A stretch of 64,000 nucleotides of DNA from an uncultured Ignavibacteriota bacterium (GTDB taxonomy: Bacteria > Bacteroidota > Ignavibacteria > UBA10030 > UBA8401): positions 78,060-142,059 of the forward strand of contig CAIOTF010000038.1 in assembly GCA_903861125.1 (NCBI GenBank). Reading direction: 5' to 3'. Every line of letters begins with the position of its first letter. Position 1 is the first letter of the stretch. Positions 9,740 to 19,958 of this stretch are shown here, in pieces. The position numbers and the translations under genes are program-made. Under the pieces are notes generated by a model. That model was not told the DNA's origin. It made no database searches and worked only from the letters and a program-made list of their open reading frames with translations.

Positions 9740-11239
9740 TCATTTTACACCGAACATCTGTACCGACAGTTGTGCAAACTCCACCAATTGGTTGAAGAAT
9801 AATCCAAAGTAGAGTGTCGGAACAAGCAGCGATATCAGAAGGATCTTCTGCGCTAATGGAAAATTGAATTGTACGGCGGAGACGGTCTGTTCTTCGCGCA
9901 GGAACATATTCCTGATGATCCGGACATAATAGTATAAAGAAACAACGCTGTTTAGCACGCCGATCAACGCAATCGTGATCATTTTTGCATTGATGAGCGA
10001 TAAAAAGATCATCCACTTTCCGATGAATCCGGCGGTCGGAGGAAGTCCGGTTAATGAAACAAGAAAGACCGCAAGAGTTACAGAAAGCAATGGCGATCGT
10101 TTTCCCAATCCCTTATAATCATCGATATGTTCGCTGTTGAGTTTGTTTGCAATCAGCATCACAACATAGAATGCACCCAAATTCATGAACAAATAAACAA
10201 CAAAATAGACCATCACGGCGGAAAATCCATCATTGCTCAGCACAACCAGTCCGAGCAGCATATACCCGGCTTGCGCGATGCTCGAATACGCTAACATCCG
10301 TTTCACGTTATCCTGCCAAAGCGCTACAAGGTTTCCAAGAGTCATCGTTAGCACAGACAGAATCATCAAAGCATTTTGAATATGCACACCGCTGATTAAA
10401 GTCCATGTCCCTGCCGGCAGATTCATTACTGATGAATCGATGAACATAACCTTGAACGCACGCATCATCATTGCAAAACCGGCTGCTTTTGATGCGACAG
10501 AAAGAAATGCCGTGATTGTTGTTGGTGCACCTTCATACACATCGGGGGTCCAGAAGTGGAACGGAACCGCCGAGATTTTATAACCAAATCCTACAAGGAT
10601 GAAAATGGATGCAACAATCAGCGCAAGCTGACCCGAACTTCCCTGCATCAGAACACGGTTGATGCCGGCGATATCGAGCGTACCGGTTAAACCATAAACG
10701 ATTGAAATTCCATACAGCATCACGCCTGATGAGAAGGCGCCGTAGAGCAGATATTTTAGTGATGCTTCGGAAGAATCTTTTGCTTTGCGCGTGAAGCCCG
10801 ATGCGACATAGGACGAAAGAGAACTCATCTCTAGCGTTAAGTACATCATCAGCAGATTTGAAGAACCAACCATGAACATCATTCCCAAACACATCGAAAG
10901 AAGCAAAAAGTAATACTCCCCGATCGTTTTATGTTCCGCATTCACCTCATCGGAGAACCGCGACATCAGAACAACGACGATCGTAGCAAAGACAATGAGG
11001 ATCTTAAAGAAGATGGCAAACGGATCGATGCTCAGCATTCCGCTGAATGCAGTGCTATTGATTCCAATATTCTCTGTCAGGACATAAAATGCACCAACGA
11101 GACCGGCAACCGAAAGCACCATCAGCATCTGCGTATTCTTCCTGTCGATTAAATGATAGAGAAGAACAATACAGAGCGTAGCCGTGACGATCACTTCCGG
11201 CAGGATATTTGATAGATTATTGACGATAGTTTCTAGCAT
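9740..11239 (-). CDS. nuoN: NADH-quinone oxidoreductase subunit N
   Basis: EASLKY, YKISAVPFHFWTPDVYEGAPT, KRMLAYSSIAQAGY. Confidence 0.95.
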   Translation of the reverse strand: MLETIVNNLSNILPEVIVTATLCIVLLYHLIDRKNTQMLMVLSVAGLVGAFYVLTENIGINSTAFSGMLSIDPFAIFFKILIVFATIVVVLMSRFSDEVNAEHKTIGEYYFLLLSMCLGMMFMVGSSNLLMMYLTLEMSSLSSYVASGFTRKAKDSSEASLKYLLYGAFSSGVMLYGISIVYGLTGTLDIAGINRVLMQGSSGQLALIVASIFILVGFGYKISAVPFHFWTPDVYEGAPTTITAFLSVASKAAGFAMMMRAFKVMFIDSSVMNLPAGTWTLISGVHIQNALMILSVLTMTLGNLVALWQDNVKRMLAYSSIAQAGYMLLGLVVLSNDGFSAVMVYFVVYLFMNLGAFYVVMLIANKLNSEHIDDYKGLGKRSPLLSVTLAVFLVSLTGLPPTAGFIGKWMIFLSLINAKMITIALIGVLNSVVSLYYYVRIIRNMFLREEQTVSAVQFNFPLAQKILLISLLVPTLYFGLFFNQLVEFAQLSVQMFGVK

Positions 11240-11289
11240 GATATATTTTTATTCAGAACAACAAATAATGATTGCGTTAAAGAACAAGT

Positions 11290-12891
11290 TCAATGTACAA
11301 GCGCCGCACCGGCACTCCCCTTCACAAAATCCACCAACGTATTAGCAGATGTGTTCATCACATCGAGCATCAGATTTGGATACAATCCTAAAACAATAAC
11401 GATAATCGCAAGCGGAACAAGCATGATCAGTTCACGTGAGTTGATGTCGGTCAGTTCATTCCATTTTTCCGGCAATGTGCCGAGAAATACTCTTTGCAGT
11501 GTCCACAGCATGTAGCCGGCGGTTAAAACAATGCCGAATGCGGAAGCCATCGTCAGCCATCGGAACGTCTGAAACGCGCCGAGGAACGAGAATGCTTCTG
11601 AAATGAAACCGCTCATTCCGGGAAGTCCGATAGCCGCAAAGAATGCAATAACCATGATACCGGAATACTTCGGCATCTTGTTCATCAATCCGCCGAAATC
11701 ATCCAGTCCGCGTGTATGTGTGCGATCGTAGATCACGCCCACAATCAAGAAGAGCATTGCAGTGATCGTGCCGTGATTGAACATCTGCAGCATTCCGCCG
11801 AGCATCCCCTGTGTGTTCATCGATGCAATACCGAGGATCACGATTCCCATATGACTGACAGACGAATAGGCGATCAGTTTCTTAAAGTCCTTCTGCGCCA
11901 TTGCGCAGAACGCCCCGTAAATGATATTCACAAAACCAAGGAAGGCAAGCGGATAAAGGTAATGCATTGCAGCATCTGGAAAGATGGGGAAACCGATCCG
12001 GAGCAATCCGTATGTTCCCATTTTCAGCAATACGCCGGCAAGAATAACGCTGATGGCCGTCGGCGCTTCAACGTGTGCATCCGGAAGCCATGTGTGGAAC
12101 GGAAAGATTGGCACTTTGATCGCGAATCCGATGAAGACCGCAATGTATGCCAGATAACGCCACGATGTCGACGTTCCGGCCAGGATCGAACCCGCGTCAT
12201 AGTTTGCCGGATTCATCATCGCCAGCATATTGAACGTGTGGATTTTTTCACCCGATGCAGGATCGATAATCGTCACGCTGAAATAGAGCGCCAGCATTGC
12301 CAGCAGCAACAGGACCGATCCGAGCAGTGTATAAAGAAAGAACTTGATTGCGGCATATTCTCTGCGCGGTCCGCCCCATACCCCAATAAGGAAATACATC
12401 GGCAGCAACATCACTTCCCAGAAAATATAGAAGAGGAAGAAGTCAAGTGATACGAACACGCCCATCATTCCGGTATCAAGCAGAAGCAGCAGTGCAAAAT
12501 ATCCCTTAAGCGATTTTTCGATGGTCCAAGATGAAATCACCGCGATGCAAGAAATGATCGCCGTAAGGAAGACCATCGGCATGCTGATACCATCGATACC
12601 GAGAAAATAATCAATCTTAATGGAACCGAACCAGCCGGTACTTTTTACGTTGATCCAATTGAACACTTCTTTGAACTGCATCGTATCGGCAGAATTCACT
12701 CCGGCCAGCGTGCGGTCAAATTTTGCAAAGAGCAGAAATGCAAGAACCACTTGTAACAGCGTAAAGACCAGCGACGTCCAGCGTATCGCCGTTTTTTGTT
12801 CTTTCGGGAGGAGCAATACAATGATCATCCCTATGACAGGAAGAAATGTGAGCCAGGTGAGAATGCCGATGTTGAGGATGTTGAGTTCCAT
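11290..12891 (-). CDS. nuoM: NADH-quinone oxidoreductase subunit M
   Basis: GIDGIS, FWEVMLLPMY, PFHTWLPDAHVEAPT, LIAYSSVSHMG. Confidence 0.96.
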   Translation of the reverse strand: MELNILNIGILTWLTFLPVIGMIIVLLLPKEQKTAIRWTSLVFTLLQVVLAFLLFAKFDRTLAGVNSADTMQFKEVFNWINVKSTGWFGSIKIDYFLGIDGISMPMVFLTAIISCIAVISSWTIEKSLKGYFALLLLLDTGMMGVFVSLDFFLFYIFWEVMLLPMYFLIGVWGGPRREYAAIKFFLYTLLGSVLLLLAMLALYFSVTIIDPASGEKIHTFNMLAMMNPANYDAGSILAGTSTSWRYLAYIAVFIGFAIKVPIFPFHTWLPDAHVEAPTAISVILAGVLLKMGTYGLLRIGFPIFPDAAMHYLYPLAFLGFVNIIYGAFCAMAQKDFKKLIAYSSVSHMGIVILGIASMNTQGMLGGMLQMFNHGTITAMLFLIVGVIYDRTHTRGLDDFGGLMNKMPKYSGIMVIAFFAAIGLPGMSGFISEAFSFLGAFQTFRWLTMASAFGIVLTAGYMLWTLQRVFLGTLPEKWNELTDINSRELIMLVPLAIIVIVLGLYPNLMLDVMNTSANTLVDFVKGSAGAALVH

Positions 12892-12940
12892 AATATTTTT
12901 CAGATTAAAAATTGATTAAACACGCGTGCACAAAATTATT

Positions 12941-14995
12941 TTAAATATACAACGCCAGCAGCACCATGAAACCGATGATCGCAAAGATCATGTATGTCTG
13001 CACTTTTCCTGTTTGAACTTTCCGTATGGATAATCCAAGCAGTCCCGCAAAATATGCCGTAAAATTTACCAGGCCATCTACGACATACGAATCGAATTTC
13101 CCGCTGAAGACAGAAACAAGTTTTGTAAGCCACCCTGCACCATTGACGATTCCATCAACAATTGTTCCATCGAACCAAGCGAGCACCCGTGCGATGCCAA
13201 GCATTCCAGCAACAGCTGTTGCATCATACAGTTCATCGAAATACCATTTGCGGTAAAGAAATGTATGCACAGGTTTCAACGCACGCTCAAACGCATCGGC
13301 AGAGATCTTTTTCCAGAAGTAGGTGACGAATGCCAGCAGAATTCCTATGCCGGACACACCAACAGACAGAAACATTGCCATCGTATGCTGATGATGGATC
13401 TCTTCAACAAATTCGGCTGTCGGAGTTGCCGCGATCGCCTCTGGAACCGCCACCGTCGGATAGGTCATCTTTTGGAAGAACCATCCCTGACTAGCGGAAA
13501 TAGGATTAAAAGAAAAGAATACAAAGAACGATAATGCGGCAAGAACCATCAAAGGAATTGTCATCACTCGCGGCGATTCGTGGATATGGTCAAGACGATG
13601 CTTGTCATGATGCTCTCCCATGAAGGTAAGGATCAGCATGCGGAACATGTAGAACGCCGTCAATCCTGCAACCAAAAATCCAATGATCGGTATCAGCGAA
13701 TGTCCGGTAAAATGTGAGTATGCAAGAGTTCCGGCAAGAATTTCATCCTTACTTAAAAAACCTGAGGTCAGCGGAACACCTGAAATTGCCAGCGTAAAGA
13801 TTGTCATTGTCCAGAATGTCACAGGCATTTTCGACTTCAAACCGCCCATGAAACGGACATCCTGGGCATCGGTATGGTGATCGTTCAAATGATGAAGCGC
13901 ATGATGCATTGCATAGATCACGGAACCGGATGCAAGAAAGAGTCCTGCTTTGAATGCCGCGTGTGTCACAAGATGCATCACGCCGGCAGTGTAGGCGCCG
14001 ACACCGAGACCCATGACCATGTAGCCTAATTGACTGACCGTAGAGTATGCAAGAATTTTTTTAATATCGTTTTGAACAATGGCAATGGAAGCCGCAACAA
14101 ATGCTGTGATCGCTCCCGTATAGGCGATGACCATTAATGCATCGGCTGTGAGCATCGGGAATGTTCGTGCAACGAGATACACACCGGCTGCAACCATCGT
14201 TGCCGCATGGATCAAAGCACTAACAGGCGTCGGACCTTCCATAGCATCCGGAAGCCACACATGAAGTGGAAACTGTGCGGACTTACCAACGGCACCGCAG
14301 AAGATCAGCAACCCTGCTGCTGTCAACCATGTATTCGATCCGAATGGAATATTTCCATGTCCGATTGCAGAGAAGATACCGTCAAACGTGAGGGTGGAGA
14401 ACTGCATCCAAACGATCATGATGCCGATAAAAAATCCAAGATCGCCGACGCGGTTTACGACGAACGCTTTCTTCGCAGCATCGGAAGCGGATTTCTTTTC
14501 ATACCAATGTCCGATAAGCAGATACGAACTTAAACCAACCAATTCCCAGAAAACATACATCAGAAGATAATTGTTGGTAAGCACTATGCCGAGCATGGAG
14601 AAGGTGAAGATACCCAGATTCGCATAGTAGCGCGAGTAACGGACATCATCCTTCATATACGCAAGCGAAAAGAGATGCACCAAAAAGCTGATCAGCGTTA
14701 CCACAACAAGCATCACCGCTGTAAGATTGTCCACCATGATGCCGATATCGATCTTCAGCGGAACATTATTGACAACGGTATGAAAGTCGATCCACGTGAA
14801 CGTGAAATCCCATCGCGTTTCGGCAGCGAGTTTCGAGAAGAAAATATAAACGGCAAGCAGCAGATCTATTCCGAGGAACGTTGTCCCTACGAGACCGCTT
14901 TTTTCCATGAATCGTTTGCCGAAGAAGATCAGAACAACAAAACTGACCAGCGGCAGAAGAAGAATTGCGAGAGCAATGTTAAGTTCAGGTATCAT
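12941..14995 (-). CDS. nuoL: NADH-quinone oxidoreductase subunit L
   Basis: GKSAQFPLHVWLPDAMEGPTPVSALIHAATMV, C-terminal amphipathic helix and QTGKVQTY. Confidence 0.97.
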   Translation of the reverse strand: MIPELNIALAILLLPLVSFVVLIFFGKRFMEKSGLVGTTFLGIDLLLAVYIFFSKLAAETRWDFTFTWIDFHTVVNNVPLKIDIGIMVDNLTAVMLVVVTLISFLVHLFSLAYMKDDVRYSRYYANLGIFTFSMLGIVLTNNYLLMYVFWELVGLSSYLLIGHWYEKKSASDAAKKAFVVNRVGDLGFFIGIMIVWMQFSTLTFDGIFSAIGHGNIPFGSNTWLTAAGLLIFCGAVGKSAQFPLHVWLPDAMEGPTPVSALIHAATMVAAGVYLVARTFPMLTADALMVIAYTGAITAFVAASIAIVQNDIKKILAYSTVSQLGYMVMGLGVGAYTAGVMHLVTHAAFKAGLFLASGSVIYAMHHALHHLNDHHTDAQDVRFMGGLKSKMPVTFWTMTIFTLAISGVPLTSGFLSKDEILAGTLAYSHFTGHSLIPIIGFLVAGLTAFYMFRMLILTFMGEHHDKHRLDHIHESPRVMTIPLMVLAALSFFVFFSFNPISASQGWFFQKMTYPTVAVPEAIAATPTAEFVEEIHHQHTMAMFLSVGVSGIGILLAFVTYFWKKISADAFERALKPVHTFLYRKWYFDELYDATAVAGMLGIARVLAWFDGTIVDGIVNGAGWLTKLVSVFSGKFDSYVVDGLVNFTAYFAGLLGLSIRKVQTGKVQTYMIFAIIGFMVLLALYI

Positions 14996-15303
14996 TAGTC
15001 TTTTAAGAGTGAAATTTCGTCAACATTGACTGTATTGAAACGTTTGTAAATATTCAGCACGATCGCCAACGCAATGGCAGCTTCCGCCGCCGCAAGAATA
15101 ATAACGAAGACCGCTGCCATCTGGCCTTCAATGTTCATTCCGCCAAAACGCGAGAAGGCAAGAAAATTGATATTGGCGGAATTAAGAATAAGTTCAACGC
15201 CCATCAAAACCATGATCGCATTGCGGCGCGTGAGCACGGCATAGATCCCGAGAGAGAATAAGACCGCGCTGATGATCAGAAAGTGTGTAAGAGTGATTGT
15301 CAT
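14995..15303 (-). CDS. nuoK: NADH-quinone oxidoreductase subunit K
   Basis: RRNAIMVLMGVELILNS, AAAEAAIALA; stop overlaps the nuoL start. Confidence 0.96.
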   Translation of the reverse strand: MTITLTHFLIISAVLFSLGIYAVLTRRNAIMVLMGVELILNSANINFLAFSRFGGMNIEGQMAAVFVIILAAAEAAIALAIVLNIYKRFNTVNVDEISLLKD

Positions 15304-15310
15304 AATATTA

Positions 15311-15376
15311 AAATTTCAAATTTCGATGTAAGCAAATTCCAATTGTTCGTTATTTGGAACTAGGAATTTGTGATTT
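15311..15376. repeat. Inverted heptamer repeat (AAATTYC-type) across the nuoJ end and nuoK spacer
   Basis: Left arm aaatttc aaatttc ... aaattcc; right arm (reverse complement) aaatcac aaattcc tagttcc. caaattcc 15333-15340 pairs with ggaatttg 15363-15370. Confidence 0.55.
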
Positions 15377-15880
15377 GATACCTTCTCTTCTCGCCATCAT
15401 CGCCGCACCAACAATCGCCACGAGCAGGATCACCGATGCAATTTCAAACGGCAGCACATGCGTAGTGATCAATGCTGTGCCGATCTCTTTTGATGTCGTC
15501 TGCGCCGGCAGTTCACCCATTTGTTTGCTTACAAACCAGTCGCTTGTCCAGAACACTCCGCCAAGCAATCCGGCAAGTGCAGCTACCACGCTGGCAGCTG
15601 CAAGCACATTCATCGATCCTGATTTGATGTCGATGTTAACCGTATTGGTGGTCAGCATAACGCCGAACAGCAGCAGAACAAGAATACCACCGACGTAAAT
15701 GAGCAATTGTGTGATCGCAAGAAAATCTGCATTGAGCAGCACGTAGATCCCTGCAACACCAAAGAATGTGAATAGAAGCGAAAACGCGGCATAGATAATA
15801 TTGCGCGAAAAAACAACGACCGATGCCGAAGCAACAGTAATGAACGCAAAGAAGTAAAAAATTATTTCATACATATTCAT
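15350..15880 (-). CDS. nuoJ: NADH-quinone oxidoreductase subunit J
   Basis: LNADFLAITQLLIYVGGILVL and LPFEIASVILLVA. Start moved to MNMYE at 15880, just after the nuoI stop. Confidence 0.94.
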   Translation of the reverse strand: MNMYEIIFYFFAFITVASASVVVFSRNIIYAAFSLLFTFFGVAGIYVLLNADFLAITQLLIYVGGILVLLLFGVMLTTNTVNIDIKSGSMNVLAAASVVAALAGLLGGVFWTSDWFVSKQMGELPAQTTSKEIGTALITTHVLPFEIASVILLVAIVGAAMMARREGIKSQIPSSK

Positions 15881-15887
15881 AATGGTT

Positions 15888-16547
15888 CTATTGCTGAGTT
15901 GGTGGTGTATCCGGACCTTTGGGCTGTTCACTCTGTGCCGGTGTGACCGGTGCAGCTGGTATCTCCGGCACCGGTGCGGGCTGTGCAGCAGCGGCCGCTT
16001 TTGCAGCGGCTGCCTGTGCTGCAGCTGCAGCTTTCTTAGCCGTCTGTTCTTCGTCGTACTGCTTCACTTTTAATTTCGCTGTTTCAACTTCAACGGCCGA
16101 CATTGTGCCGAAATTATAGATCAGATTGTTACGGTCGTATTCCGAAAATTCATAGACATCGGTCATCTTCAGGCATTCTGTCGGACATGGGAACACACAC
16201 AATCCGCAGTAGCAGCATTTGGCGATATCGATATCAAATTTTGTGACATAGATCCTTTTCTTTTGTCCTGTGGATGTCTCGCCGAGAGTTTCCGTGGGAG
16301 GAGCCTTCATTACTTCAATTTCGATGCAGTCAACCGGACAGGCTTTCGCGCATAATTCGCATCCGATACAGTCATCATAATTCATGTAAAGGCGGTTGCG
16401 CACCCGATCCGGCATCTGTTTTTTCTCATGCGGATATTGCAGCGTTACCGTCGGCGATACCATCTGCCTAATCGTGATTCGCATCCCGATCAAAGCCGAA
16501 CTGATCGCACGGTAGATATCATTGAAATATATTGTTAATGCTGTCAT
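15888..16547 (-). CDS. nuoI: NADH-quinone oxidoreductase subunit I (2x[4Fe-4S]) with Ala/Pro-rich tail
   Basis: TLQYP, CIGCELCAKACP and CCYCGLCVFPCP. Confidence 0.94.
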   Translation of the reverse strand: MTALTIYFNDIYRAISSALIGMRITIRQMVSPTVTLQYPHEKKQMPDRVRNRLYMNYDDCIGCELCAKACPVDCIEIEVMKAPPTETLGETSTGQKKRIYVTKFDIDIAKCCYCGLCVFPCPTECLKMTDVYEFSEYDRNNLIYNFGTMSAVEVETAKLKVKQYDEEQTAKKAAAAAQAAAAKAAAAAQPAPVPEIPAAPVTPAQSEQPKGPDTPPTQQ

Positions 16548-16593
16548 AAGTATTATAATTTTCTAGTTGTCTCTTAGCGGCTCAGCGAAGAGA

Positions 16594-17637
16594 TCAGATA
16601 ACCATGATAAAACCGATCGCGATGATGCAGAACAATGCGAACGGCGTCAGAACTTTCCACGAAACGTACATCAATTGATCAACGCGCAGCCGAGGAAGTG
16701 TCCAGCGGAGCCAAATGTTCAAGAAAACAAATGACATTCCTTTCAGTACAAACCAAAACGCGCTCCAGACCGTACCGCTCATAAACGAACCGAATGGACT
16801 CGTCCAGCCGCCGAAGAACATTACTACAACGATCGCCGAGACCAGAAACAGATTGGCATATTCTGCAAGATAGAAAATAGCAAATTTCATTCCGCTGTAT
16901 TCTGTGTTATAGCCCTGCACCAATTCCGACTCCGCTTCCGGAAGATCGAACGGGGTTCTGTTCACTTCCGCCATCGACGACAGCAGATAGATGATGAAAA
17001 GTATGAACATAAAGGGAAAGAGCGCAAGTTTTTGTCCGAGCGGAAAATTACCGCCGATGATCAGCCAATTTTGAATTCCGCCATCCTGCATCTGCGTCAT
17101 CGTTTGCATGTTCATTGTGCCGAACACCATCACAACTCCGAGAATAGCTAGCACTCCTGGAATTTCATAGCTGACAATCTGTGCTGCAGAACGTAGCGCA
17201 CCGAACATCGACCACTTATTGTTCGACGCCCATCCGGCCATCAGTAATCCGACAACCACAAGCGATGAAGCGGCAACCAGATAGAATATCCCGAGATCGA
17301 TATTGCTTCCGATAAATCCGCTGCTGAAAGGCATTACCGCAAACGAAGCGTACGTACCGATGAAAACAAGATACGGTGCAAGAATGAACAGGAACTTGTC
17401 GGCATCCGTAGGAATGATATCTTCCTTCTGCAGCAGCTTCAACATATCGGCGATTGGCTGAATGACACCGTGCCAGCCGGTCTCCATATACGCAAGACGG
17501 TTCTGGATGTGCGCAGCCACCTTCATTTCGAAATAGATTGTTACCAGTGCATAGACCAAAATGAACACCAACGGGATCAAGGCAAGCAGCACCATTGTCA
17601 CAGCGGGTTCATTCAAAAATGCGAGAATATTTTCCAT
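16594..17637 (-). CDS. nuoH: NADH-quinone oxidoreductase subunit H
   Basis: QPIADMLKLLQKED, AAQIVSYEIP, NRTPFDLPEAESELV, RWTLPRLRVDQL. Start moved to MENIL at 17637. Confidence 0.96.
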   Translation of the reverse strand: MENILAFLNEPAVTMVLLALIPLVFILVYALVTIYFEMKVAAHIQNRLAYMETGWHGVIQPIADMLKLLQKEDIIPTDADKFLFILAPYLVFIGTYASFAVMPFSSGFIGSNIDLGIFYLVAASSLVVVGLLMAGWASNNKWSMFGALRSAAQIVSYEIPGVLAILGVVMVFGTMNMQTMTQMQDGGIQNWLIIGGNFPLGQKLALFPFMFILFIIYLLSSMAEVNRTPFDLPEAESELVQGYNTEYSGMKFAIFYLAEYANLFLVSAIVVVMFFGGWTSPFGSFMSGTVWSAFWFVLKGMSFVFLNIWLRWTLPRLRVDQLMYVSWKVLTPFALFCIIAIGFIMVI

Positions 17638-17734
17638 TGATATTTTTATTTTTTCATCATCCTTCGAATCGTTCCGGCACCCTTCCACTTCTCTCTGGGT
17701 AATGCCGAGACATATCCGGGATGACCATGAATGT

Positions 17735-18895
17735 TTATCTGTCTACTTCACCAAGCACGATATCGATACTGCCCATGATCGCAACAAGGTCCGCGAGCAT
17801 AGCCCCTTTTGAAATCTCATTAATCACACTAAGATTCACAAATGCCGGTGCGCGGGCTTTTATGCGATACGGCGTTACACTGTCCTCAGCAACAATATAG
17901 AATCCCAATTCTCCGCGCGGACCTTCCACTCGTCCGTACGCATCACCCGGTACAGGACGTATTCGTTTCGGAACCGCTTTCTGAACATCACCTTCGGGTA
18001 GAGTTGCTATGGCTTGTTCGATAATGCGGAGACTTTCCCACATCTCGCGTTGCCGCACGATGTTTCTGTCCCACACATCGCCGACCGTTCCCATCTCCCC
18101 TTTACCCACAATCACATCCCATTCGAACTTATTATAGAGCGTATACGGATCATCGCGGCGCAAATCAAAATCAACACCGGAACCGCGAAGCATAGGGCCG
18201 CTGCATGCATAGTTGATCGCCAAATCCTTGGGAAGAATACCGACATTCGCCGTCCGTTTAATGAATATCTCGTTGTAATTAAGCAGATCGTTCACTTCTT
18301 TCAGCGTCTTTTTAAAATCGGTGCAGAACTCCTTCGTTCTTTCAACAAATTGCGGCGGAATGTCGTGTGAAAGTCCGCCGATCCATATGTAGTTATAGAG
18401 CAACCGGGCACCGCAGGTCATTTCAAATAATTCAAGAATTTTTTCGCGGTCACGGAAGTAATAGAGGAACGGCGTGAATGCGCCCATATCAATGCCGAAC
18501 GTTCCGATAGCGATCAAATGCGATGCAATACGCTGCAGTTCCGCCATGATAATGCGGATATAATGCACTCGTTCCGGTACTTCGATCTTTAATAATTTTT
18601 CAGCCGCAACAACAAATGCATGTTCGTTTGTCATTGCTGCCACATAGTCCATCCGGTCAACGTAGGGAATCACCTGCTGGTAACTGGTCATATGTTCGCA
18701 GTGCTTTTCGAAGCAGCGATGCAGGTACCCCAAATGAGGAATGACATCTACAACGATCTCGCCGTCCAGCACCACTTCAAGGCGAAGCACACCGTGGGTT
18801 GACGGATGCTGCGGCCCCATATTGACCACCATTTCTTCAGTGCGAAGTGTTCTTCCGGTGGAGGTTTTTATTGCATGTAAATGAGTTTCTGTCAT
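17735..18895 (-). CDS. nuoD: NADH-quinone oxidoreductase subunit D
   Basis: NMGPQHPSTHGVLR, GYLHR, RMDY and C-terminal GEVDR. No NiFe CxxC motifs. Confidence 0.96.
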   Translation of the reverse strand: MTETHLHAIKTSTGRTLRTEEMVVNMGPQHPSTHGVLRLEVVLDGEIVVDVIPHLGYLHRCFEKHCEHMTSYQQVIPYVDRMDYVAAMTNEHAFVVAAEKLLKIEVPERVHYIRIIMAELQRIASHLIAIGTFGIDMGAFTPFLYYFRDREKILELFEMTCGARLLYNYIWIGGLSHDIPPQFVERTKEFCTDFKKTLKEVNDLLNYNEIFIKRTANVGILPKDLAINYACSGPMLRGSGVDFDLRRDDPYTLYNKFEWDVIVGKGEMGTVGDVWDRNIVRQREMWESLRIIEQAIATLPEGDVQKAVPKRIRPVPGDAYGRVEGPRGELGFYIVAEDSVTPYRIKARAPAFVNLSVINEISKGAMLADLVAIMGSIDIVLGEVDR

Positions 18896-18951
18896 TGTTT
18901 TTTTTATTCAAGTAGCGATCCGGCTGTAAGAGCTTTCGGATTGCTCGCTCA

Positions 18952-19428
18952 TTAATACGGGACCTTCATCCCATTATAAAATTCCGGCGTCTGATAATCT
19001 TTGCGCAGCGGGTGACCTTCCCAGTCTTCCGGCAGCAAGATCCTACGCTGATCGGGATGACCAACAAAATTAAAACCAAACAGATCGTATGCTTCGCGTT
19101 CATGCCAGTTTGCCGTTTTCCAAACCGATTCAACTGATGGCACATTCGGTGTTTCGGTCGGCACTTCTATTTTCAAAACGATCTTGTGACGATGCGTCAT
19201 CGAGTACAGATGATACGTAATACCGAGCTTTCCCTTATAGTCCACGCCGGAGAGACACATTAAATAATCGAACTGCAGCCGATCATCACTTTTTGTGAAT
19301 TCAGCCACTTCTTTGATTTTTTCCGTTTGGATTTTAATGAAAGGATCGGGAACATTCTCGAGTTTTGCCTCAAGGATGGCTTCGCCGAACTGTGATTTCA
19401 GTATATCGTGTATTTCTTGTGCTGTCAT
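18952..19428 (-). CDS. nuoC: NADH-quinone oxidoreductase subunit C
   Basis: ANWHEREAYDLFG, GHPDQRRILLPEDWEGHPLRKDY. Confidence 0.96.
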   Translation of the reverse strand: MTAQEIHDILKSQFGEAILEAKLENVPDPFIKIQTEKIKEVAEFTKSDDRLQFDYLMCLSGVDYKGKLGITYHLYSMTHRHKIVLKIEVPTETPNVPSVESVWKTANWHEREAYDLFGFNFVGHPDQRRILLPEDWEGHPLRKDYQTPEFYNGMKVPY

Positions 19429-19455
19429 AATATTGTACGCAGGACGTGTGATAAG

Positions 19456-19950
19456 TTAAACTGCTTTTTTCTTTACCATAGTTTCGTTGCGGATCTTTTC
19501 CTGCAACTTGATCAATCCTTCGAGCAATGCTTCGGGGCGCGGCGGACAGCCGGGTACGTACACATCAACCGGAATCACACGATCGACACCTTTCAAAACA
19601 TGATACCCATGCTCCCAATACGGTCCGCCGCAATTGGAGCAGCTTCCCATAGAAATCACATAGCGCGGTTCCGGCATCTGGTCATACAATCGTTTAATGC
19701 GTGAAGCCATTTTCAACGTCACCGTTCCGGAGACGATCATCACGTCGCACTGACGCGGTGTCGCACGCGGAATCACGCCGAAACGCATCATATCGAAATT
19801 GGATGCGGATGCAGCCATCATTTCGATAGCGCAACAGGCAAGACCGAACTGCATCTGGTACAACGATGAAAGCCGTGCCCAATTCAACAGATTGTCCATC
19901 GTGGTGACAACGATGTTCGAGTTTTCAAATTTTTGGTCGAGTAATCCCAT
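19456..19950 (-). CDS. nuoB: NADH-quinone oxidoreductase subunit B
   Basis: GLACCAIEM (tandem Cys for cluster N2), SMGSC and VPGCPPRPE. Confidence 0.97.
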   Translation of the reverse strand: MGLLDQKFENSNIVVTTMDNLLNWARLSSLYQMQFGLACCAIEMMAASASNFDMMRFGVIPRATPRQCDVMIVSGTVTLKMASRIKRLYDQMPEPRYVISMGSCSNCGGPYWEHGYHVLKGVDRVIPVDVYVPGCPPRPEALLEGLIKLQEKIRNETMVKKKAV

Positions 19951-19958
19951 AAAATATT

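Noticed and set aside
11716..12450. 244-aa plus-strand ORF antisense to nuoM, and similar shadows over clpB, serA, dnaK, spt, hypD and hypB
   Set aside because: Entirely antisense to conserved genes with no recognisable motifs; expected from codon bias.
17735..19950. NuoB/C/D as a group 4 [NiFe]-hydrogenase served by the hyp genes
   Set aside because: NuoD lacks both Ni-binding CxxC motifs and ends in GEVDR, and NuoB has the complex I tandem CC.
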